Position numbers and translations under genes: made by a program. Source: Candidatus Thalassarchaeaceae archaeon (GTDB taxonomy: Archaea; Thermoplasmatota; Poseidoniia; Poseidoniales; Thalassarchaeaceae). From it: 64,000 nt of DNA. Position 1 is the first letter of the stretch; each line of letters begins with the position of its first letter. The notes under the pieces are model-generated. The model was not told the origin of the DNA, ran no database searches, and saw only the letters and a list, made by a program, of their open reading frames with translations. This document shows, in pieces, positions 58,601 through 64,000 of the stretch. The stretch spans positions 31,631 through 95,630 of the forward strand of contig JASLKO010000180.1 of NCBI GenBank assembly GCA_030747475.1, written 5' to 3'.

Positions 58601-61600
58601 GTTGGGGAGATAATGCACATGGTCAACTTGGAATCAACTCAACAGTAGCAACGTCTCTACCTGTTGAAGTTCAATTACCTGTTAATACTCGTGCAATGTC
58701 AATTTCTGCTGGTTCTCAGCACACTTGTGTTGTTACTACTGTCGGAGAATTGTATTGTTGGGGGGATTCCTCGAATCAACAATTGGGAGAATATTTCATC
58801 ACCAATTCTTCCGGATATATTGAAGAGATCTTTTCTTCCAGTAATTGGTTGGACACTACATCTTTTTCTGAAGTCTATATTGGCCGATATGGCGGCAATA
58901 ATCACGACAATGATTGGACATATTCTACAGATGATGGAGGAACTCTCAAGTGGGATCTTAAATCCGGCAGCAATCAGTACAATGAATTCAGTTTCACAAT
59001 AAATGCTCTCTCTGATGGTTACATCACCTTTGATGTAAAGTCGGATATGGGCTCCAATGATTATATCTGCCTCTATATCGATTCTACCTGCAGCCAGGGG
59101 TGGTACCACCCCCCTAGTACCTGGACTACCAGGAATCATTCGTTCACAGCTGGAACTCATGAAATCCAATTTGTGGGTATAAATCAACATTCTTCTTCTG
59201 GATTCAATGATGCATGGTTGGATAATATCGTGATTCATGCCGGATTCAGCCTTGAGGAAGGCGGTATTGTACGCAATCCTTCTCTAGTTTCTCTTGGTTC
59301 AATGATTGTATCTGAAGTGACTACCGGTGATGATCATACATGTGTAACCACATCTACTAGTGCAGCATATTGTTGGGGAGACAATGGCGGTTCTACCACC
59401 ATGACATTGGGCAATAGCTCATTCACAGGTACGAATTCATCTTCTCCACTTCTTGTTGACTTAGCAGGAACAGGATCTCAATATTCAGGATCCCAGCCAC
59501 CTAGATTCGGCTTACTTTCAGCTGGTGCAGGTGCTACTTGTGGTACTCTTTTGACAAATGCCTCCACAATCTGTTGGGGTAAATCCTCCGCTGGAACATC
59601 TATCCTAGGCGGCGGCGAATCAGCGACCCACAACGGCAACGGTACTGCATGGATGGTCAAGGACATCGAATCCACCAATCCAAATGGCGGGAGTTGGATT
59701 GATGATCTCACAGTCATGGGCAATACCCTCTATTTCTCGGCCACTGACGGAACCCACGGTACTGAATTGTGGAAGAGTGATGGAACGGAAAGCGGCACTG
59801 TTTTGGTCAAAAACATCAATCCCGGCGGCAATGCGGCAAACCCCAATTATATTACAGCCATTGGCAATACCCTCTATTTCTCGGCCAACGATGGAACCGA
59901 TGGAATAGAATTGTGGAAGAGTGACGGAACTGAAAGCGGCACTGTTTTGGTCAAAGACATCGCCAGCGGCAGTCCCAGCAGTACTCCCAGCGACCTCATA
60001 GCCGTTGGCAACACCCTCTATTTCCGAGCCAATGATGGATCCAACGGACAAGAATTATGGAAGAGTGACGGAACTGAAAGCGGCACTGTGATGGTCAAGG
60101 ATATCGTCTTCGGGTCTTCATCCAGCAAGCCCTCGGACTTCACAGTCGTTGGCAATACTCTCTTTTTCGAAGCGGAAACTTCCTACGGATGGGAATTGCA
60201 CAAGAGTGACGGAACAGCCACAGGCACTGTGATGGTCAAGGATATCAACAGCGGAACTTCTGACAGCAATCCCAGTCAACTCACAGCCGTTGGCAACACC
60301 CTCTATTTCTCGGCCACTGACGGAACCAATGGATGGGAATTGTGGAAGAGTGACGGAACTGAAAGCGGCACTGTGATGGTCAAAGACATCCGCACGGGAA
60401 GTATGTCTGGTTCTCCCAATTCCCTAACAGCCATTGGCAACACCCTCTATTTCTCGGCCATGACGTCGACCTACGGAGCAGAATTGTGGAAGAGTGACGG
60501 AACTGAAAGTGGCACTGAGTTAGTCAAGGATATCCGCAGTGGTACTGCCGGCAGCAGTATCAGCAGGACCCGAGCCGTTGGCAACATTCTCTTTTTCAAC
60601 GCCCATGATGGAAGTTCCGGATATGAATTGTGGAAGAGTGACGGAACTGAAAGCGGTACTGTGTTGGTCAAGGACATCAACCCCACCAGTAATAACTCCG
60701 GGAACAGTAATCCACAACAAACAACCGACATTTGCGGCACCCTCTATTTCTCGGCCAACGATGGAACCGATGGAATAGAATTGTGGAAGAGTGACGGAAC
60801 AACCTCTGGTACCACAATGGTCCAAGACATTGGAAATACAAATAGTGTCTCAGGGGGCTCTCCTGATAACATCCTGAACACAACTGTTGACAACCATATC
60901 TTTTTCGTAGCTACGGACGGAACTCATGGACGGGAATTATGGACACTAAATCCATCCCAAATTACCTGCGGTAGCGGCTCAGGTAGCGGCTCAGAACCAT
61001 CAATTCACGGTACCTTCGTTTCCCTGAACGATACCACCTCTTCACTATCTGTTGGACATCATCATGCCTGTGCAGTAGTTGACGAAAAAATCCAGTGTTG
61101 GGGTGAAGAAAATGGAGGAGAACTTGGAGATGGAGGCAGCTCTACTTCCTCATCATCAACTCCAGTGGAAGTAGATATTACTGGACTGGGTACACCGATT
61201 GATGTATCTGTAAGCGAAATTGGCAACACATCTTGTGCCCTTTTCAAGAAGAATTCAGCGTACAGTTTCAGATGTTGGGGTAGTGATGAAGGTGGTGCAA
61301 TAGGAGACGACGCATCGTACAATAATGAAACATCTCCGTCTTCAAACGTGACTACTTTGAGTCATGGTTTTGTTGAACCCACTGCACCTTCTTCTTCATT
61401 GGATATAGCAAATTACGACATTGCTGAAGTTTCTGGAGGCCAGCACAATTACTGTGCTCGTTCATATCAAGGACTTGTCAAATGTTGGGGTTACGGCTCG
61501 CAAGGTCGACTAGGAATTGGAAGTACTACCAATATTGGTGATTCTCCCAATGAAATGGGCGATTATCAAGAGTTTACAGATTTAGGAACAAATCTCTTCG

Positions 61601-64000
61601 CTACAGATATTACCACGGGGTACGATTTCGCATGCGCTGTGTTGAACAATACTCAAATCAAGTGTTGGGGTGAAAATGGGCACTATCAACTAAGCAATGG
61701 CGATACAATCCATGCCGATCGTGGCGATGGTCCGAATGAAATGGGAGATAATTTACCATATGTCCGTACTCAAGCCTCCACCAATCCAGTTACTGGGTTC
61801 GTGAAGGTAGATGCCGGCCATCGTTCCGCTTGTGCCCTTACATTCGAAGGAGCAGTATATTGTTGGGGTTCCAATGACAATTACCTCATTTCTTCAGCAA
61901 GCTGGACAATGGGGTCTGCAACACTACAAACTCAATTATCTAGGCCTGCAATTGATATTGCAGTTGGTGATTATCATGCTTGTGTTATTTTGGATAATCA
62001 TCAGGTGCAGTGTTGGGGTCGCAATTCCGAAGGCCAATTGGGGACAGGAAACAAAACGACTCCTAACCAAAATACCGCTCAGAAAGAAAGGCCATATGTG
62101 GATTTAGGAAGTGATGTGGGTGCCTTGGACATCATGGCGGGTGGATCATACACTTGTGCGATCCTCACAACAGAAGGTACTGTTTGTTGGGGGGAAGGTG
62201 CTAGCAACCGACATGGTCGAAACTCAACCTCCGATTTCAGTTCCATGGGTGATGGGTTGGGCAATGGCACAGGAAGTCCGTATGATACAATTGCCAAACC
62301 GAACCGTTCATCCTTAGCTACAAGCTCGCAAGGAACTTGTATTGTCGATGAATGGAGTGAAGTACAATGTTGGGGCCACAACTACATTGCAGGTACAACC
62401 ACAGCCGCACCGATTACGATTAATGTGGGTGGACATGTTCGTTCAGTAGCGGTTGCTGATGGCCCTAGTGCCTGTGCAATTCGAATTGATGGTTCGCTCG
62501 TTTGTTGGGGGACAGGGAGTTATGGTCAGCTGGGTCAAGGAGATTCGTCCAACAATTATCCACCAGCATCCGGTGAGTTAAGTATTGAACATACAGATGT
62601 TCGATTGTGGTCTCCGGATACCGATTTTGATGGAATGCTTAATCTGTGGGATGACGATGATGATGACGATGGCGTATTGGACATTAATGACGCCTTCAGC
62701 CTTGATGAGTGTGCCTCAGTAGATACAGATAATGACGGCATGCCAGATACAATTACATCAGCATGTTCCACTGTACTGGTATTGGATTTAGATGATGATA
62801 ATGATGGATGGACAGATGTCAATGAGATACTCTGTGACACCAACACAATCTCATCACTTTCTGTGCCAATTGATACAGATTCTGATGGAACCTGTAATTA
62901 TTTGGATATGGATGATGATAATGATGGTTGGACAGATTCTCAAGAACATGAATGTGAACCACAGAGTTTCACCTCATTCAGGGCTGTGGGTAGTTCGTCT
63001 GGGACCTATCCCAACAGTGTTAACGGGGAACTATACTTTGGTGGACCAAATTCGGATGAACTTCGTTATTTGGGAAGAGCATCATCTGGTTATGGGGGGT
63101 TATGGATGTGGCCTTCAGCAACTAAAGATAGCCTGGGCCCATCATCGAGTAGCCAACGTTTTTCCAATTCAAATTATGGTGACATCACTCTTGAGCATCA
63201 AGATGGTGTAACTTACTATGCTGATAGGCAGAATCAAGGCCAGTTTAATGATGAAATAAATGGATTGTCTTCTCATTCCACCATTAGCACATCTTACAGT
63301 TCAAGCTCCAGTTATCGTTCTGAAATATCATTGGATGCGGACAATCGTGTTTACGTTGCAGATGGCTATTACAGATTTTGGCACCAAAATACAATTGACA
63401 GTTCGACATACTCCTACACTAACTTGCCAAATACTAATTCCAATAACAAGCATCATTTAGAAGCACAAGATAACGGAACAGTACACCATTTATGGTGGCA
63501 TAGTAATGACTTAAAATACACCCAAAGCCATCCAGTTACCGGATCATCAGGTAGAAGTTATGACTCCATTGAAACAATTGGTGGTTGGAGTGACCTACAG
63601 AATCATCAGTTTGATTTAGAAGTTGATAGCAATGGAGTTGTACATATTGCATTCTATCGTTCGTCTAGTTCCTCATATGCCATTACTTACATGAACAATT
63701 CAGCAGGTACTTTCTCCACCATCGGTTTTGAGAACTCTCTCCCCAACTCCGCTGGCCATGTTGATTTGGATATAGATCCATTGGGACGAGTAAATTTAGC
63801 CTGGACAGATACGAATAACAAATCTGTCTATCATACGATAATTGATGGAACAACGACAAATACTCAATTCGTACTTTCGACTTCTGGATCCATTCACACC
63901 ATTTCTCAAGCACTGGATCCCGTCAAGAACCAATCATATATTTTCACATCAAGTGGGAGCGACTCAAGAGTATCACACCAAGGTTCATTCGAACCTTGGT
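55636..64000 (+). CDS. Giant cell-surface protein E, 3'-open at the window edge (more than 2788 aa in window): signal peptide, three blocks of RCC1 repeats, blade-like NGxxHxxY modules, 9 ELWxxDGT repeats, TSP3 Ca-binding repeats, further beta-rich modules. Absent from the supplied ORF table because no stop occurs in the window.
   Basis: ATG 55636 gives MSVRLARSRSIFLAILMVTMAQVG (signal peptide). I translated the frame continuously by eye through 55800-57000 (CWGNNSAGQLGIGN...), 58380-58810, 59320-59590, the ELW block 59764-60960, 61060-62560 (CWGENGHYQL...), and the DTDFDGMLNLWDDDDDDDGVLD TSP3 block 62590-62950, to ...SRVSHQGSFEPW at 63999 without a stop. The minus-strand ORFs in this span are antisense artefacts. 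Confidence 0.85.
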   Translation, partial: MSVRLARSRSIFLAILMVTMAQVGYTMNGFESPKDSTLDSMNESAEVPTNNNIQNLYVGGAHSCVITEGELMKCWGNNSAGQLGIGNSESMGDEPNEMGADLPYLDLGTGLVPESAALGMSHTCILFTNNSLKCFGDIEALGLGYTDANGAGDGYLETGDYLPFWPAPTGRNVSLIAAGWYHTCAVLDDGSMTCWGENNHGQLGMGNTTDLGLQSDQTGDSISYVSLPTGVTISNMALGADHTCVLYDTGDVACWGGNDFGQLGIGSTEDIRDEAAESLTNISFPSGRYAIDITAGEGFTCALLDNNEAICWGLNDVGQLGQGNSNNYGDSGSEPVSGLSTIDLHSSATIRTIDAGYDHVCVSLNNNAVKCWGGNLFGHLGIGISGPTAHRGDDVAEMGSNLPSISLGSSMNPRAVEVGENFACMLKQSGTMPVKCWGSSVNGRLGYENTETLGDSSTDNLANIVNFALDSEYESVDCGASPFNSEMHILPAFELDSNQKGRTLDIAFRSDGCPGIVYSDDNTDNLRFAMYDNGIWVFEYPYSSNIGNSSALDVSLVFDENDVPHIAWSDFGYDTSTDDTHYATKANGKWNHVQLENGYPVTYDTEIIHFGDGDLEIIASPFTMGYLLSELCSASTDCLESSDWNSQTVIASYAYMQGLDSDIGLNGDAWVSQSQSNYAGSTNSFNIVSKPTGGSWNGIYPSLTAPNSTGSTSAISDIEVAPDGTVHAVYLHEDYATDGIMYVSCSGGRSTCSSSSNWSFIHVPYVTNKTFSLAVDYDLVPHVFFNSSSSLQYTKLVDGSWTTPVEILNLAVNEVRADFHPNGKLWLGAQLTANDNIWMIEGASFGGNGMSIDIDGDGWSGIEEYRCGSDMINSSSTPADADFDGICDAEDEIHDLFTYGESRTTSVGEDFSCGLTAQPDDGSNSNTLYCWGSNSHQQLGNYVVSNNPVLQSTAWAVPVLDLPSSWHAVDVDVGARHACAIGVDGDVYCWGDNAHGQLGINSTVATSLPVEVQLPVNTRAMSISAGSQHTCVVTTVGELYCWGDSSNQQLGEYFITNSSGYIEEIFSSSNWLDTTSFSEVYIGRYGGNNHDNDWTYSTDDGGTLKWDLKSGSNQYNEFSFTINALSDGYITFDVKSDMGSNDYICLYIDSTCSQGWYHPPSTWTTRNHSFTAGTHEIQFVGINQHSSSGFNDAWLDNIVIHAGFSLEEGGIVRNPSLVSLGSMIVSEVTTGDDHTCVTTSTSAAYCWGDNGGSTTMTLGNSSFTGTNSSSPLLVDLAGTGSQYSGSQPPRFGLLSAGAGATCGTLLTNASTICWGKSSAGTSILGGGESATHNGNGTAWMVKDIESTNPNGGSWIDDLTVMGNTLYFSATDGTHGTELWKSDGTESGTVLVKNINPGGNAANPNYITAIGNTLYFSANDGTDGIELWKSDGTESGTVLVKDIASGSPSSTPSDLIAVGNTLYFRANDGSNGQELWKSDGTESGTVMVKDIVFGSSSSKPSDFTVVGNTLFFEAETSYGWELHKSDGTATGTVMVKDINSGTSDSNPSQLTAVGNTLYFSATDGTNGWELWKSDGTESGTVMVKDIRTGSMSGSPNSLTAIGNTLYFSAMTSTYGAELWKSDGTESGTELVKDIRSGTAGSSISRTRAVGNILFFNAHDGSSGYELWKSDGTESGTVLVKDINPTSNNSGNSNPQQTTDICGTLYFSANDGTDGIELWKSDGTTSGTTMVQDIGNTNSVSGGSPDNILNTTVDNHIFFVATDGTHGRELWTLNPSQITCGSGSGSGSEPSIHGTFVSLNDTTSSLSVGHHHACAVVDEKIQCWGEENGGELGDGGSSTSSSSTPVEVDITGLGTPIDVSVSEIGNTSCALFKKNSAYSFRCWGSDEGGAIGDDASYNNETSPSSNVTTLSHGFVEPTAPSSSLDIANYDIAEVSGGQHNYCARSYQGLVKCWGYGSQGRLGIGSTTNIGDSPNEMGDYQEFTDLGTNLFATDITTGYDFACAVLNNTQIKCWGENGHYQLSNGDTIHADRGDGPNEMGDNLPYVRTQASTNPVTGFVKVDAGHRSACALTFEGAVYCWGSNDNYLISSASWTMGSATLQTQLSRPAIDIAVGDYHACVILDNHQVQCWGRNSEGQLGTGNKTTPNQNTAQKERPYVDLGSDVGALDIMAGGSYTCAILTTEGTVCWGEGASNRHGRNSTSDFSSMGDGLGNGTGSPYDTIAKPNRSSLATSSQGTCIVDEWSEVQCWGHNYIAGTTTAAPITINVGGHVRSVAVADGPSACAIRIDGSLVCWGTGSYGQLGQGDSSNNYPPASGELSIEHTDVRLWSPDTDFDGMLNLWDDDDDDDGVLDINDAFSLDECASVDTDNDGMPDTITSACSTVLVLDLDDDNDGWTDVNEILCDTNTISSLSVPIDTDSDGTCNYLDMDDDNDGWTDSQEHECEPQSFTSFRAVGSSSGTYPNSVNGELYFGGPNSDELRYLGRASSGYGGLWMWPSATKDSLGPSSSSQRFSNSNYGDITLEHQDGVTYYADRQNQGQFNDEINGLSSHSTISTSYSSSSSYRSEISLDADNRVYVADGYYRFWHQNTIDSSTYSYTNLPNTNSNNKHHLEAQDNGTVHHLWWHSNDLKYTQSHPVTGSSGRSYDSIETIGGWSDLQNHQFDLEVDSNGVVHIAFYRSSSSSYAITYMNNSAGTFSTIGFENSLPNSAGHVDLDIDPLGRVNLAWTDTNNKSVYHTIIDGTTTNTQFVLSTSGSIHTISQALDPVKNQSYIFTSSGSDSRVSHQGSFEPW
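59764..60960 (+). repeat. Nine tandem ELWxxDGT(E/A)xGTxLVKDI repeats (144-bp / 48-aa period) inside protein E, with roughly 60-bp exact DNA duplicates
   Basis: gaattgtggaagagtgacgg recurs at 59764, 59908, 60052, 60193, 60337, 60481, 60625, 60778 and 60934. ctctatttctcggccaacgatggaaccgatggaatagaattgtggaagagtgacggaac occurs at both about 59871 and about 60742. Confidence 0.85.

Noticed and set aside
59620-60051. Minus-strand 143-aa ORF and other small ORFs across 55818..63913
   Set aside because: They are antisense or out-of-frame artefacts within the open-ended giant gene E, whose frame I translated continuously.
1-64000. tRNA, rRNA, IS element or integrase search
   Set aside because: No intergenic segment of at least 70 nt shows a cloverleaf-compatible T-arm (GTTCRANYC with a pairing stem). 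No transposase or integrase motifs or terminal inverted repeats were seen. Without search tools I cannot exclude small ncRNAs.

Overview
Archaeal-looking chromosomal fragment (GC roughly 45-50%, judged by eye). The archaeal call rests on the 3' end of an archaellum operon (FlaI/ArlI ATPase and FlaJ/ArlJ membrane protein), a B12-dependent class II ribonucleotide reductase with a C-terminal zinc ribbon, and AT-rich TATA-like intergenic regions. I cannot confirm the taxon without searches, but the content resembles planktonic euryarchaeal (Thermoplasmatota / Marine Group II-like) genomes. About half of the 64 kb is five giant genes (1135 to more than 2780 aa) for modular cell-surface proteins: a signal peptide, RCC1-type beta-propeller repeats, thrombospondin type-3 Ca-binding repeats, Cys-rich ephrin-receptor-like or parallel beta-helix or Reg_prop/FN3-like or ELWxxDGT modules, one C-terminal transmembrane helix, and short cytoplasmic tails. 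Three of those tails carry recognisable intracellular motifs: helix-hairpin-helix, EF-hand, and Rho_N/SAP. The fifth giant gene (55636 to beyond 64000) is open at the window edge and is missing from the supplied ORF table. Housekeeping genes sit between them: mscS, icd, an osmC-family gene, nrdJ, a PduO-type cobalamin adenosyltransferase, DHH/DHHA1 phosphoesterase, Nudix hydrolase, rlmH, panD, maeB, and pabC-pabAB. Three other points deserve a second look. Two otherwise intact conserved genes (maeB and a TerB-like gene) are each interrupted by a single in-frame TAG, while the downstream reading frame stays open. A 3.4 kb gene encodes a long alpha-helical (HEAT-like) protein ending in a PIN nuclease domain. 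A small accessory cluster (vWA protein, secreted (GQ)n/TSP3 protein, TerB-like (EP)n membrane protein, orphan 686-aa protein) is flanked by structured intergenic regions. Other observations: G9 homopolymer tracts and long near-identical intragenic tandem repeats inside the giant genes, perfect palindromes and hairpins in several intergenic regions, and no tRNA, rRNA or CRISPR that I could recognise. Domain calls come from motif reading only.
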